This document shows positions 40,828-53,714 of a DNA stretch of 64,000 nt, in pieces (the stretch's first letter is position 1; the number at the start of each line of letters is the position of its first letter). Position numbers and translations under genes: made by a program. Under the pieces are notes generated by a model. That model had not been told where the DNA came from. It was given only the letters and a program-made list of their open reading frames with translations, and made no database searches. Source of the DNA: Bacteroidota bacterium (GTDB lineage Bacteria > Bacteroidota > Ignavibacteria > UBA10030 > UBA8401); assembly GCA_021796215.1 (NCBI GenBank), contig JAJYOK010000006.1:201-64200 (forward strand), in the 5' to 3' direction.

Positions 40828-41865
40828 TTACCGATTCGCAAAGCCGAGAAGAAAATGCATAATCGTCAGCGCGGCTAACCTGCACGTCCTTCCGTCTGCA
40901 TCGTACTTCGGATTGACTTCAGCAATATCCACAACCTTTGTCTTACGCCGCCTGCCGGCAAATTCTGCCGCAAGAAAAAATTCTTCCGGCGTCAGTCCTA
41001 TGGGATTCGGCGCACTGACTCCCGGCGCATCGGAACTGCGCACAGAATCCATATCGAAACTCATGTACAACGCATCGGTGGAGTTCGCGGCGATCTCGTG
41101 CGCGAGATCAAGAATTTTTGCAATGCCTTCCTTTTTCACTTCTTGAAGAGAAAAAATCGTCGCGCCGCGTTCTAGCAGCCAATCGTAATGCTCGCGTGCA
41201 TTCACAAAAGGCTGAATCCCGATTTCAACAAGGTTCATCGGCTGCAAGGCGTTGCCATGTCCGTCCCGCTGAAAATTTTCCGCGGTGAGCATTTGACGGA
41301 AGGATGTGCCGCTGTTGCGCAGCGGATTCGGCTTGCGCACATCGAGATGAGCGTCAATATTGATGACGCCGGTTTTTTTTATTGTACCGGAGAGCGCTGC
41401 GAAGATCGGGTATGCGATGTCGTGCCCGCCGCCGAGAACAATGGGAAAAATATTTTGCGCGAGAAGCCCGCTTACTGCAGCTTCCAGCCTCTCGTGCGTT
41501 TGTTCAAGCGTGGTGCCGGTTTTGATATTGCCGAAATCAAAAATGCGGAGATCGGAAATTTTAGTTCCACCCGCCGTTGCCGTGCTCGATTTCGACAGGG
41601 AGAACGGGGTTAGCTTGTAGAATGTTTTCCGGATCTCATCGGGCGCATCTTTCGCGCCGGGGCGCCCAAGATTTCTCTTTACGCCGCTGTTGTCCGGTAC
41701 GCCGATAATTCCAATATGAATATCAACGGAAAAATCTTTCCGTTTGTGCAGAACAAGGTCGCCCATCCGCGGATCGGCTTCATCTTTACGGGAAAAGTGA
41801 GCGCCAAAAAGTTCTGCCGGGGGTTCAGCAAGAAACTTCCACAAAATGTTGCTTTCAATGCTCAT
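40828..41865 (-). CDS. arginase-family hydrolase (formiminoglutamase/agmatinase-like)
   Basis: Mn-binding motifs GGGHDIAYP, NIDAHLDVR and SFDMDSVRSSDAPGV. Start at MSIESNILWKF. Confidence 0.7.
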   Translation of the reverse strand: MSIESNILWKFLAEPPAELFGAHFSRKDEADPRMGDLVLHKRKDFSVDIHIGIIGVPDNSGVKRNLGRPGAKDAPDEIRKTFYKLTPFSLSKSSTATAGGTKISDLRIFDFGNIKTGTTLEQTHERLEAAVSGLLAQNIFPIVLGGGHDIAYPIFAALSGTIKKTGVINIDAHLDVRKPNPLRNSGTSFRQMLTAENFQRDGHGNALQPMNLVEIGIQPFVNAREHYDWLLERGATIFSLQEVKKEGIAKILDLAHEIAANSTDALYMSFDMDSVRSSDAPGVSAPNPIGLTPEEFFLAAEFAGRRRKTKVVDIAEVNPKYDADGRTCRLAALTIMHFLLGFANR

Positions 41866-41921
41866 TGCGGTTCGTATCAATAAAAGAATCTGAGAGGCTG
41901 GAAAAAGTGTAACCTCGTTTT

Positions 41922-42833
41922 CTAAAAAACGCTTACTTTCACATAGCGCCCCGGATTATCGCGCAGGTCTCTGATGAGTGCGTTCAAATTCACCGCGAGG
42001 CTGTCCATGTTGTTGTACAAATTATCTTCGCGCACTAATTTGCCGAGCGTTCCTTGCCCTTTTTGAATATTCGACAACACATAATCTAGCGACTGGGAGG
42101 TTCGCCGGAGGTTTTCCGATGTTTCATGCAGATTTTTCGTCACCATGCGAACTGTTGCGATGCTTGTATCAAGATTCGCGCGCTGAGAAAGTGCGATGGT
42201 GTCAAGGTTTGAGGCGAAGCGGGAAAGATTTGCGGAAAACTCTGCAAAATTTCCAATCGCATAATCGAGCCGCTTGCCTTCAGCCTGAATGAGCGCATCC
42301 AATTCAGAAGAAGAGCTGTTGACGTCCGACAAAATGCCTTGAATATGTTTCCGCGTTTTCTCGTCAAATGTCGTGTTCACACGTTCAAGAATGCCGAGCA
42401 CATTCGAGGAGATCGGCGCAAGTGTGGATGTCAACTCTGTCAAATCGGCTTCGTACGCACCGCTGAGCGAATCGCCGTCTTCTAACATTTTTGTTTGCAC
42501 GCCGGGCGAAATGGCGATCAGTTTTCCTCCCATAATGCTTGAACTTTTAATGTACGCTTTCGAGTCTTTCGGAAGCAGAACCTTTTTCTGAATGGAGACA
42601 TTGACGGCGATTGAAGTGCCGGCGAGCCTCATAGATTCCACTTTTCCAACGCTCAATCCGGCAACGGTGATCGGACTTCCTTCTGCCAAGCCGTTGACGT
42701 TGTTGTAGAAAATCGTGAGTGAGTACGCTTGCTTCTGCAAATCAATGCCGCGAAGGTACACCACGCCGCCGACAAACATCAGGGCAGCAAAAAAAATGGT
42801 GATGCCAAGTTTCGTTTCGTTGCTAAGTTTCAT
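41922..42833 (-). CDS. mlaD: MlaD/MCE-family ABC transporter periplasmic component
   Basis: N-terminal TM, MCE domain (YSLTIFYNNVNGLAEGSPITVAGLSVGKVESM), C-terminal helical region. Confidence 0.8.
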   Translation of the reverse strand: MKLSNETKLGITIFFAALMFVGGVVYLRGIDLQKQAYSLTIFYNNVNGLAEGSPITVAGLSVGKVESMRLAGTSIAVNVSIQKKVLLPKDSKAYIKSSSIMGGKLIAISPGVQTKMLEDGDSLSGAYEADLTELTSTLAPISSNVLGILERVNTTFDEKTRKHIQGILSDVNSSSSELDALIQAEGKRLDYAIGNFAEFSANLSRFASNLDTIALSQRANLDTSIATVRMVTKNLHETSENLRRTSQSLDYVLSNIQKGQGTLGKLVREDNLYNNMDSLAVNLNALIRDLRDNPGRYVKVSVF

Positions 42834-42879
42834 AAGCGCTGCACCTCGTTTAATAGAATGGAGCTTCAGCTGAGACCGA

Positions 42880-43608
42880 TCAGCCTATGGCTGAGTTAAT
42901 ATATTTCCGTACTTCTTCGTTATCACTGTTCTGAATTTCTTCGCGCGTACCCGTCATCAGCGTAACTCCCTGATCGAGAATTGCAAAACGGTCGCCGACA
43001 ACAAACGCGCTGTGAATATCGTGCGTTACAACAATTGACGTCACACCTAACAATGTGCGCAGGTCGTTGATAAGAAGATTGATACCGTCCGCTGTTTCCA
43101 TATCGAGTCCGGTTGTCGGCTCATCGTACAGCACGTAGCGCGGCGTGAGCGCAATCGCCCGCGCCAGCCCGACGCGTTTTTTCATTCCACCGCTTAATGA
43201 TGACGGCATGACGCGGGTAACATTTTCAAGCCCGACAATGCTCAGCGCGTACTCGATGCGCTCCGTGATCTCTTCGTTGCTGTAGCCGGTGTGGCGCCGC
43301 AGCGAGAGCGCAATATTTTCGCCAACGGTCATTGAATCGAACAGCGCCGCTCCTTGAAACAGGAATCCAAATTTGAAACGGAGCGCCCGTAATTCCGGGT
43401 AGCTCATCTTCGTTACATCTTTGCCGTCGACGACGATGGCGCCGGAATCGGGTTTAATTAATCCGATAATCATTTTCAGCAGAACACTTTTTCCGCCGCC
43501 GCTTTTTCCCAAAACGACGAGCGTTTCCTTATCACGCACATCAAAGCTGACACCGCGAAGCACTTGCTTGCCGCTGAATTGTTTCCAGATGTTTTCAAGG
43601 CGAATCAT
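42880..43608 (-). CDS. mlaF: ABC transporter ATP-binding protein (MlaF-like)
   Basis: Walker A GKSGGGKSVLLK, LSGGMKKRVGLARA, Walker B VLYDEPTTGLD. Start at MIRLENIW (43608) overlaps the mlaE stop by ATGA. Confidence 0.85.
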   Translation of the reverse strand: MIRLENIWKQFSGKQVLRGVSFDVRDKETLVVLGKSGGGKSVLLKMIIGLIKPDSGAIVVDGKDVTKMSYPELRALRFKFGFLFQGAALFDSMTVGENIALSLRRHTGYSNEEITERIEYALSIVGLENVTRVMPSSLSGGMKKRVGLARAIALTPRYVLYDEPTTGLDMETADGINLLINDLRTLLGVTSIVVTHDIHSAFVVGDRFAILDQGVTLMTGTREEIQNSDNEEVRKYINSAIG

Positions 43609-44414
43609 AGCAGCACCGAAGCGAGCACAAAATCCATTACCACAACGGCGAGACATGTCAGCACGACGGTGTTCATTGTCGCTTTACCGACGCCTTCCGA
43701 ACCGCCTTCAACATGAAATCCCTGATAACACGCAATCGAAGTGATCATAAACCCGAACATTGTCGCTTTGATGATGCCGAAGACAGCATCGTACACTTCG
43801 AACGAGTCCTTCATTCCGTTAATGAATGCTTCGGGAGAAATATTTGCGACGAAGACGGAGCCGAGCAAGCCGCCGATCGCTGCAACGACGTCGCCAAACA
43901 CGATCAGTACCGGAAACATCACGACACCCGCCAGTACGCGCGGCGTAATGAGAAATGAAATCGGATCGAACGCCAGCGCTTCGAGTGCGTCAATTTGTTC
44001 TGTCACGCGCATGGTTCCTAATTCCGCCGTGATCGTTGCACCGACTTTTCCTGCGAGCACTAGCGCGGTGAGAAGCGGCGTCAGTTCGAGCAAAACGGAT
44101 TTGATGACGAGACTGCCGACAACGTTGCGCGGAATCCAGTCGTACAACTGATACGCGGACTGCACGGCGGTGACCATGCCGACAAAGGTGGAAACAAAAA
44201 TCACGATGGGAATGGAATCAACACCGATCTGCACCATTTGCTGAAAGATGTTGCGCGAATAGGTCCGCGCATCGCGTGCGTTCCGCAGCATCCACCAAAC
44301 GACATTGCCGTAGCCGCCGAGCGTTCCGAAAAATCTATTGCCGGCTTTGCCCAGCAGCGTGAACAATGCAAATGGCGACGTGGAGCTTTCGGAAATTGAT
44401 ACAGTTGATTCAGC
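43605..44414 (-). CDS. mlaE: ABC transporter permease (MlaE-like)
   Basis: About 270 aa, 5-6 TM helices. Conserved MlaE core ...QIDALEALAFDPISFLITPRVLAGVVMFPVL. Confidence 0.8.
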   Translation of the reverse strand, partial: AESTVSISESSTSPFALFTLLGKAGNRFFGTLGGYGNVVWWMLRNARDARTYSRNIFQQMVQIGVDSIPIVIFVSTFVGMVTAVQSAYQLYDWIPRNVVGSLVIKSVLLELTPLLTALVLAGKVGATITAELGTMRVTEQIDALEALAFDPISFLITPRVLAGVVMFPVLIVFGDVVAAIGGLLGSVFVANISPEAFINGMKDSFEVYDAVFGIIKATMFGFMITSIACYQGFHVEGGSEGVGKATMNTVVLTCLAVVVMDFVLASVLL

Positions 44415-44842
44415 CATATTAATCCGTTTAGGACTTACCAATCAATTGTGGTTCAGCCAAAGATCGCGAAGGACTCCTTTGGAGCTGATCCGCCTCTGGC
44501 GGCGATGACAATGGCGGGTGCAACGTAAATTCGTGGTTAATATTGAAATTTGCCGATAGAAAAGCAAGGGGAGCGGTTGCCAAATAAGCAATGACTTATT
44601 TCTCAGCCAACAGCTCTGCTCGGACTTTACAATTGCGGGAAAAAGATACACATTGACGGCGTTCGGGTTTGTGGTCCGGCGATTTTCCGACGAGCCGGAA
44701 AAAGAGAAATGTAGCTTCAAAGTTTTTCAGTTAAACAAAATAGACATCATGGCGCCGGCGGCGACACCTCGCTCATTTGCCAAAAGATAATGCGCTGCGG
44801 ACGGGTAGCTCCCCACAATAAAACCCAACTCCCTCAAAACAA

Positions 44843-44867
44843 CAATGGCGCGTTGAACGCGCCATTG
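44843..44867 (-). terminator. perfect palindrome hairpin downstream of the 44896 gene (likely terminator)
   Basis: caatggcgcg-ttgaa-cgcgccattg (10-bp perfect stem). On the minus strand it is followed by TTGTTTTG. Confidence 0.4.
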
Positions 44868-44895
44868 TCAAAAAACTGTGCATGCTTATTTGAAT

Positions 44896-46179
44896 CTAAT
44901 CCTGCGGTGCTACTCCGCGCGGCTTTCGAATTCTCCAGTACATTACGATCAGCAAAATAAGCATGACAACTGCAAGCCCGATGTACCACCACGTGCGCGG
45001 CGGCTGAATTGTAGCCTGCCATGCCGCCACTTTTGAGTTGAGATCGGTTACCTGCGCGTCGGTCAGTTTTGCGCTGTCATGCATCAGCGGCAGCCAAGTT
45101 TTCACGACAATCGGATTCCACACGCTGTCGGTAAATGTTGTGTAGGCGCTGTAACGCGCTTCTTTCGTTTCATTCGCCGTGTTGTTGATCTGGTCGTCCA
45201 AAAACGCCATCAGGTTGTTGTAAAATTCCGTCTCGTTGGAAAATTCCTGCACGGCAAAATTGCGCGCATGAAAAAGATGTTTAAGCGAGTGCCACATCGC
45301 TTCGTCCGCTTTCTGTCCCCAATAGGCGATCATCGTATCAATCGTAGTGACTTCCTTCTCCCGCTGTTTGGACGAAACGTAAATGCCCGCCAGCTTCGGT
45401 CCCAAGCCTTTCCAGTTTGATGCGAACTTTTTCTGCTCTCCGACAATTGCCGCAATGTCCTGATCTGAAAGAGTCGTTGCCTGAAGGAACGCAACATTAT
45501 CGGACACAGCGCGACGGATATTGTCAAGGGCGTTATTTCTTTCAAGATGCGAGACAAGGCTTTTCTTCGTGACGTCTTTCAACTGTGTAATATCTTTATC
45601 GTACTGCATAAAAATGCTGTCAACCATCGAAAAAATTACCTGATCGCGCCGGTGAATGTTTGTGCGCAATTGCGCAATGAGCGATTTCATCGAATCAATT
45701 GACTGCCTGTCCTGCGTTTGCTGTGCACGGAGTGACTGAATATCTTTCAGCATCTCGCCGTTTTCATTCGTCAGCTTTTCCACTTGGGTGGAAAGATCGT
45801 TCACCTGTGCTTCCAGTGCGGCAATGCGCGTTACCTGATCCTGAATCAGCCCGAGCGTGTTCTGTGTGTAGGCAAGCCTCCCGCGAATAATGATGAACGT
45901 TTTGTCGAAGTCGTCGGGATAAAGCGCTTTGTCGAGCAGTGCTTTGTTCGGCTTGTATTCTTTTTCCAGATCGTCAATACCCACCATGATGGCAGCACAA
46001 TCCTGCACCGTTTGTGCTTTTTCGATGGACTGCATCAGTTCTTTGTATTTCGTCTGAAAGTTTTGCGTCACCTCGTAATCCGATTGCTCCTGTTGAAAGC
46101 CCCATAAGGGTGCAGCAGCGAAGCTAACGAACATAAGGCTTGCAATGATTGCTGCAAAAAAACTTCTCGTCGGTTTCAT
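44896..46179 (-). CDS. hypothetical envelope protein: signal peptide, long coiled-coil, C-terminal TM anchor
   Basis: MKPTRSFFAAIIASLMFVSFAAAPLWG signal. Heptad-rich centre (IAALEAQVNDLSTQVEKLTNENGEMLKDIQSLRAQQ). C-terminal TM WWYIGLAVVMLILLIVMYW. Confidence 0.5.
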   Translation of the reverse strand: MKPTRSFFAAIIASLMFVSFAAAPLWGFQQEQSDYEVTQNFQTKYKELMQSIEKAQTVQDCAAIMVGIDDLEKEYKPNKALLDKALYPDDFDKTFIIIRGRLAYTQNTLGLIQDQVTRIAALEAQVNDLSTQVEKLTNENGEMLKDIQSLRAQQTQDRQSIDSMKSLIAQLRTNIHRRDQVIFSMVDSIFMQYDKDITQLKDVTKKSLVSHLERNNALDNIRRAVSDNVAFLQATTLSDQDIAAIVGEQKKFASNWKGLGPKLAGIYVSSKQREKEVTTIDTMIAYWGQKADEAMWHSLKHLFHARNFAVQEFSNETEFYNNLMAFLDDQINNTANETKEARYSAYTTFTDSVWNPIVVKTWLPLMHDSAKLTDAQVTDLNSKVAAWQATIQPPRTWWYIGLAVVMLILLIVMYWRIRKPRGVAPQD

Positions 46180-46655
46180 TGAGCGCCTCCTTTCGCTGCG
46201 GGACGTTGCGTTTGAATTCCTTCATCGTTCAGCAAAATCGGTTTATCTTTTCCGTTCAGTAATTCGATGTACGGCGGACGCTGGTTCATCGCTGGCGACG
46301 TAAGCCCTTTCTCCGACACCGGAATTTTTCTTTCTAATTTCAACGCGCTTTCCTTTGCCTCGAATACATACACGCTTTTGAATTTTGGCGCGGTGATGTA
46401 GTAATATCCTTTGCCGTCCCGGATAAGCCTGAGCGTCATTCCGCTGACATGCGTGGAGTCGTTCGTCTCCTCGAAGAACAGCGGCTTTACATTAATTATA
46501 ATATTGTAGCGGCTTTCCTCGACGGTGCCGTTATCGCTCACCTTCAGCACCGACTCCAACGGCCATGAATAATCTACCGGAGCGAGCGTAAGTGTTGAGC
46601 AGCCTGCACCACCGATGGCGAGACAAGCGCAGACCAAAATGTTTCTGAGTTTCAT
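46176..46655 (-). CDS. hypothetical lipoprotein
   Basis: Lipobox MKLRNILVCACLAIGGAGCS. 4-bp overlap with the downstream coiled-coil gene. Confidence 0.5.
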   Translation of the reverse strand: MKLRNILVCACLAIGGAGCSTLTLAPVDYSWPLESVLKVSDNGTVEESRYNIIINVKPLFFEETNDSTHVSGMTLRLIRDGKGYYYITAPKFKSVYVFEAKESALKLERKIPVSEKGLTSPAMNQRPPYIELLNGKDKPILLNDEGIQTQRPAAKGGAQ

Positions 46656-46820
46656 TGTGGTCCCTTTCTTCGTTGTGGTTGAGAATATTCTGTTTACCTG
46701 CGAATTCTGGTTCCCGCCGTTTCATTGGATGGCTGGCGGATATTATGATCGTCTTAATCTCTCGCGCCGAAGACGCATCAGCCATTGGCTGAGAATATTA
46801 TTTTCTGGATTCCTGCCGCG

Positions 46821-49460
46821 TTATTTCTTTTTTTTCTTCTTCGCTGCTTTAGCCGTCTTCGGAGCCGGCTTTGCGGCAGTTGTTTTTTTCTTCTGCGACG
46901 AAGGTGCGCTAACTTTTGGCTGATTCGGCTTTTCTTCGAAGAGTATTTCTTGTGCCGCTTTTTCTTTCTTCGGCGGTTCTTCCACAGGCGGAAGCGGTGC
47001 CGCTGTAGCCGGGGTTCCGTTGCCGTTCTCATCTTCTTCCGCCACAACAATTGCAATATCGGCAATGTGGTCGCCATCGTCAAGCCGTATCAGCCGCACG
47101 CCGGAAGTGTTCCTTCCGCTGAGGCGGATTTCGTTTGCATGCTGGCGAATAACTTTTCCCTGCGTCGTTACAACAACGATATCGTCCGTTTCAAGCGTTT
47201 CTTTGATGGCAATCATCTTTCCGGTTTTTTCGGTCGCCTTTACGGTGTAAATTCCCTTTCCTCCGCGATGGCTGACGCGATACTCACCAACCTCCGAGCG
47301 CTTGCCGTAGCCGTTCTCTGTCGCAACAAGAATTGATGTACCGGTGCGTTTCAATGTTACGGCGCCGACAACGCGGTCGCCTTTTGAAAGACTGACTGCG
47401 CGAACACCGGCGGCGCTTCGTCCCATTGAACGGACTTCTTTTTCATGAAAGCGGATCGCGAGCCCTTCGTGCGTTCCGATGATGATGTCCGACGTGCCGT
47501 CGGTCAACTTCACGTCTCTCAGGCGGTCCTTACCTTTCAGCGAGACGGCGGTAATACCGTTGCGCCGCGGATTGCTGAATTCCGCAAGTGATGTTTTCTT
47601 CACTAATCCTTCGGCGGTCACCATCAACACAAAATTCTTTTCGTCGAATTCTTTTACGGCGAGGAATGCCGTGATTTCTTCTGTCGGATCTTTGGCAATA
47701 AGATTGACGATTGATTTTCCTTTCGCCATCCGTCCGCCTTCGGGAATTTCAAAAACTTTCAGCCAGTAGCATCTTCCCTGGTCGGTGAAAAATAAAATAT
47801 AATTATGTGTGCTGGCTATGAAGACATGTTCGACAAAATCATCTTCACGCGATGCGGCACCGGTCACACCTTTGCCTCCGCGTGACTGCCGCCGGTAACC
47901 GCTCACCGGGTAGCGTTTAATATAGCCGCCATGGCTGATTGTGATCACAACTTCTTCCTGAGCGATCATGTCTTCAATGCGGAATTCTTCAAAATCGTAC
48001 ACGATTTCAGTGCGCCGCGCATCGGCATAATTCTTTTTGATCTCGAGCAATTCTTCCTTGATAATTTCCATCTGCAATTGTTTGCTGCCGAGAATCGCCT
48101 TCAGCTTGTTGATAAGTTTAATTGTCTCGCGGTACTCGTCTTCTATCTTCTTCCTCTCCAGTCCGGTTAGGCGCTGGAGACGCATATCAAGAATTGCCTT
48201 CGCCTGAATTTCCGACAATTTGAATTTCTTCATCAATCCGGTCTTGGCAGTCTCGACGTCTCTCGATGCTTTGATAAGTTTGATAATGGCATCAATGTTA
48301 TCGAGTGCAATGATGTAGCCTTCGAGAATGTGAGCGCGCGCTTCAGCGGCATCAAGGTCGAATTTCGTCCGGCGGACAATAACCTCGTTGCGATGCGCAA
48401 TGTATTTTTGCAGCATTTCCTGCAGCGTAAGAACGCGCGGACGTCCGTCTACGAGAGCAAGCATGATCACGCCAAATGTCGTTTGCATCTGCGTGTGCTT
48501 ATAGAGATTGTTCAAAATAACTGCGGCGTTCGCTTCACGCTTCAACTCGATGACAACGCGCAAGCCGTCCCGGTCCGATTCATCGCGAATGTCGGAGATG
48601 TCTTCAATCTTTTTCTCGCGCATCAATTCGGCAATTTTTTCGATGAGACTTGCCTTGTTGACTTGGTATGGAATTTCGGAAACAATGATGCTTTGGCGGT
48701 CTCCTTTTCCTGTTTCGATATTTGCCTTCGCTCGAACAAGGACTCGTCCGCGCCCGGTTGTGTATGCTTCCTTTACTCCTTCGTAACCGTAAATGATGCC
48801 GCCGGTCGGAAAGTCTGGCGCCTTGACATGTTTCATCAATTGCTGGGTGGTGATGTCGGGATTATCAATCATCGCAATGCAGCCGTCAATCACTTCGCCT
48901 AAATTGTGCGGCGGAATATTCGTCGCCATACCGACGGCGATTCCGCTTGTGCCGTTCACTAAAAGATTTGGAATGCGCGCAGGAAGGACAGATGGCTCTT
49001 GCAGCGTGTCGTCAAAATTGGAAACGAAATTAACGGTGTTCTTTTCGAGGTCGCGAAGCATTTCCTCTGCGAGGCGTGAAAGGCGGACTTCCGTGTACCG
49101 CATTGCTGCCGGCGAATCGCCGTCAATAGAGCCGAAGTTTCCCTGCCCGTCAACAAGCATGTAGCGCATCGAAAAATCCTGCGCCATGCGGACGATAGTA
49201 TCGTATACTGCGCTGTCGCCGTGCGGATGATACTTGCCGAGCACTTCACCGACAACGCGCGCGCTTTTTTTGTACGGACGTGTTGAGAGATTTCCCAGCT
49301 CTTGCATTCCGAACAGCACGCGCCGGTGCACCGGTTTCAGTCCGTCGCGCACATCGGGAAGCGCCCTTGCAACAATGACCGACATCGAGTAATCAATGTA
49401 CGATCCGCGCATTTCATCTTCGATATCAACAGGAATAATTCTTTCGTTTGTCGGTGCCAT
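46821..49460 (-). CDS. gyrA: DNA gyrase subunit A, with basic K/A/P-rich C-terminal tail
   Basis: 879 aa. The N-terminus carries the active-site Tyr region (..[10 protein letters not shown]..). Six C-terminal beta-pinwheel blades. Ends ...[23 protein letters not shown]. Confidence 0.95.
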   Translation of the reverse strand: MAPTNERIIPVDIEDEMRGSYIDYSMSVIVARALPDVRDGLKPVHRRVLFGMQELGNLSTRPYKKSARVVGEVLGKYHPHGDSAVYDTIVRMAQDFSMRYMLVDGQGNFGSIDGDSPAAMRYTEVRLSRLAEEMLRDLEKNTVNFVSNFDDTLQEPSVLPARIPNLLVNGTSGIAVGMATNIPPHNLGEVIDGCIAMIDNPDITTQQLMKHVKAPDFPTGGIIYGYEGVKEAYTTGRGRVLVRAKANIETGKGDRQSIIVSEIPYQVNKASLIEKIAELMREKKIEDISDIRDESDRDGLRVVIELKREANAAVILNNLYKHTQMQTTFGVIMLALVDGRPRVLTLQEMLQKYIAHRNEVIVRRTKFDLDAAEARAHILEGYIIALDNIDAIIKLIKASRDVETAKTGLMKKFKLSEIQAKAILDMRLQRLTGLERKKIEDEYRETIKLINKLKAILGSKQLQMEIIKEELLEIKKNYADARRTEIVYDFEEFRIEDMIAQEEVVITISHGGYIKRYPVSGYRRQSRGGKGVTGAASREDDFVEHVFIASTHNYILFFTDQGRCYWLKVFEIPEGGRMAKGKSIVNLIAKDPTEEITAFLAVKEFDEKNFVLMVTAEGLVKKTSLAEFSNPRRNGITAVSLKGKDRLRDVKLTDGTSDIIIGTHEGLAIRFHEKEVRSMGRSAAGVRAVSLSKGDRVVGAVTLKRTGTSILVATENGYGKRSEVGEYRVSHRGGKGIYTVKATEKTGKMIAIKETLETDDIVVVTTQGKVIRQHANEIRLSGRNTSGVRLIRLDDGDHIADIAIVVAEEDENGNGTPATAAPLPPVEEPPKKEKAAQEILFEEKPNQPKVSAPSSQKKKTTAAKPAPKTAKAAKKKKKK

Positions 49461-49544
49461 AAGTTTATTTATTAATTTCGTCGTTTATATATTCGAATTT
49501 TTTCTAAGTGTGTGCTGCTGTCGCAATCTTAAGGGCGGCGTTTT

Positions 49545-52248
<2,704 letters not shown>

Positions 52249-52255
52249 TTAATAA

Positions 52256-52546
52256 TTATCGAAATCGAATATCTTTGATCGCTTCAGAATGCATTGCCGT
52301 ATGAATTTTTTCCAGAATTTCATCTTTCCGAAACACCAGCTCGGTTCGCCACGGTGCTGCGGTGACCCGCACAAAGAGAACGCCGTTTTCTATTTTTTCC
52401 ACATTTGAAATACGCGCAATTTGCTCTCCGACAAGCTCATTCCACAATTCAAAAACGCCGTACTGCTCTACCTTGGCTTCAATGCCAAGCTGCCGCAGGA
52501 GTGTGTCGAGCACGCTGCCGAGTGCTCGTGGTGCTTCGCTAATCAT
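52256..52546 (-). CDS. DUF721-family small protein (DciA-like), conserved recF-gyrB linker gene
   Basis: 96 aa between recF and gyrB. ATGA overlap with the recF stop. Confidence 0.55.
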   Translation of the reverse strand: MISEAPRALGSVLDTLLRQLGIEAKVEQYGVFELWNELVGEQIARISNVEKIENGVLFVRVTAAPWRTELVFRKDEILEKIHTAMHSEAIKDIRFR

Positions 52547-53700
52547 GCCGTTGTCATCTCTTTTTCAGAAACCGCTGCGCCGTATCGGATAAATATTTTT
52601 TGTTTCTCGCCGCCCCACAAGAGCGCATTGTGGAACACGTTTTCACTTGTTGTTGTGATAAATGTCTGCGCAAGATTTTCGATAAAACCGACAAGCCGGG
52701 TCGAGCGCCGTTCATCCAATTCACTGAATACATCGTCAAGTAAAAACACCGGTGTTTCGTTGCACCGTTCTTTCAAATAAAAAAACTCCGCTATTTTTAA
52801 TCCGATGAGAAAGGTTTTATGCTGTCCTTGCGAAGAAAACGTTCGCAGGTGAAGTCCGTTCAGCGAAAATGCAATTTCGTCACGGTGCGGCCCGACCAAT
52901 GTCGACCCTGTTCGTATTTCGTCGTTCCGTTTTTCTTCAAGTGTGCGCCTGTACCGTTCTTCGATTTCTGCAACCGTATCCTTCGGAGAACATGCAATTT
53001 GCGGTTCGTAATCAATTGCCGGCACCTCGTTATCGTCAACGATGCTGGCGTACGCATTGGATACATACGGCGCAAACTCTTGCAGGAAGTGCGCTCGTTT
53101 CAAGATAATTTTTGATCCCCGCACAACTAGAGATTCTGTCCACGGTGCAAGACTTGTTTCATCGGCTGCGGTCAGCATTTTTTTTCTTGCCGCATCTATC
53201 AGAATTTTATTCCGCTGCCGCAGCGTGCGCCGGTATTCAAGCATGTCGTCTACATAGACTTTGCTTGACTGTGAAATCACCATATCTACAAACTTTCGCC
53301 GGTCTGCCGGCATGCCGAAGGTGATGCTGCTGTTTTCCGGAGAAAGAATAACAATCGGATATTTTCCAATCACCGACGAAAATGTTTCTACTTCCTGTTT
53401 CCCGACAAAATAGCGGCGGCGATTTAACGATGCATCGTAGACGACGCGAATTTGACTTTCGGTTCCGTGATCCAAAAGAAATGTGCCCCGAACATCGAAG
53501 AATTCTTTTCCCTGCTGAATAACAGTGCTGTCATTAGTGGCATAGAAACTTTTCGTCAAACACAGGTACGAAAGTGCTTCCAGCACATTTGTTTTCCCTT
53601 GTCCGTTTTCTCCAAGCAACACATTGGTTGCTGCTTTAAACTCCAGTTCGGTATCCGTGTGATTGCGAAAGTTCCGGAGCTGTGCGCTCACTATTTTCAT
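52543..53700 (-). CDS. recF: DNA replication and repair protein RecF
   Basis: MKIVSAQLRNFRNH..., Walker A LLGENGQGKTNVLEA, signature/Walker B region FLLDDVFSELDERR. Confidence 0.9.
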   Translation of the reverse strand: MKIVSAQLRNFRNHTDTELEFKAATNVLLGENGQGKTNVLEALSYLCLTKSFYATNDSTVIQQGKEFFDVRGTFLLDHGTESQIRVVYDASLNRRRYFVGKQEVETFSSVIGKYPIVILSPENSSITFGMPADRRKFVDMVISQSSKVYVDDMLEYRRTLRQRNKILIDAARKKMLTAADETSLAPWTESLVVRGSKIILKRAHFLQEFAPYVSNAYASIVDDNEVPAIDYEPQIACSPKDTVAEIEERYRRTLEEKRNDEIRTGSTLVGPHRDEIAFSLNGLHLRTFSSQGQHKTFLIGLKIAEFFYLKERCNETPVFLLDDVFSELDERRSTRLVGFIENLAQTFITTTSENVFHNALLWGGEKQKIFIRYGAAVSEKEMTTA

Positions 53701-53714
53701 ACATTGTGTTGATA

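Noticed and set aside
44442-44720. 92-aa minus-strand ORF upstream of mlaE
   Set aside because: Arg/Cys/His-rich implausible composition and no SD. Region kept as unexplained noncoding (see findings).
46615-47336. Plus-strand ORFs 46615-46923 and 46785-47336 (FFFF/RRRR-rich)
   Set aside because: Antisense mirror of the lysine-codon-rich gyrA tail (AAG/AAA repeats read as CTT/TTT). Low-complexity artefacts.
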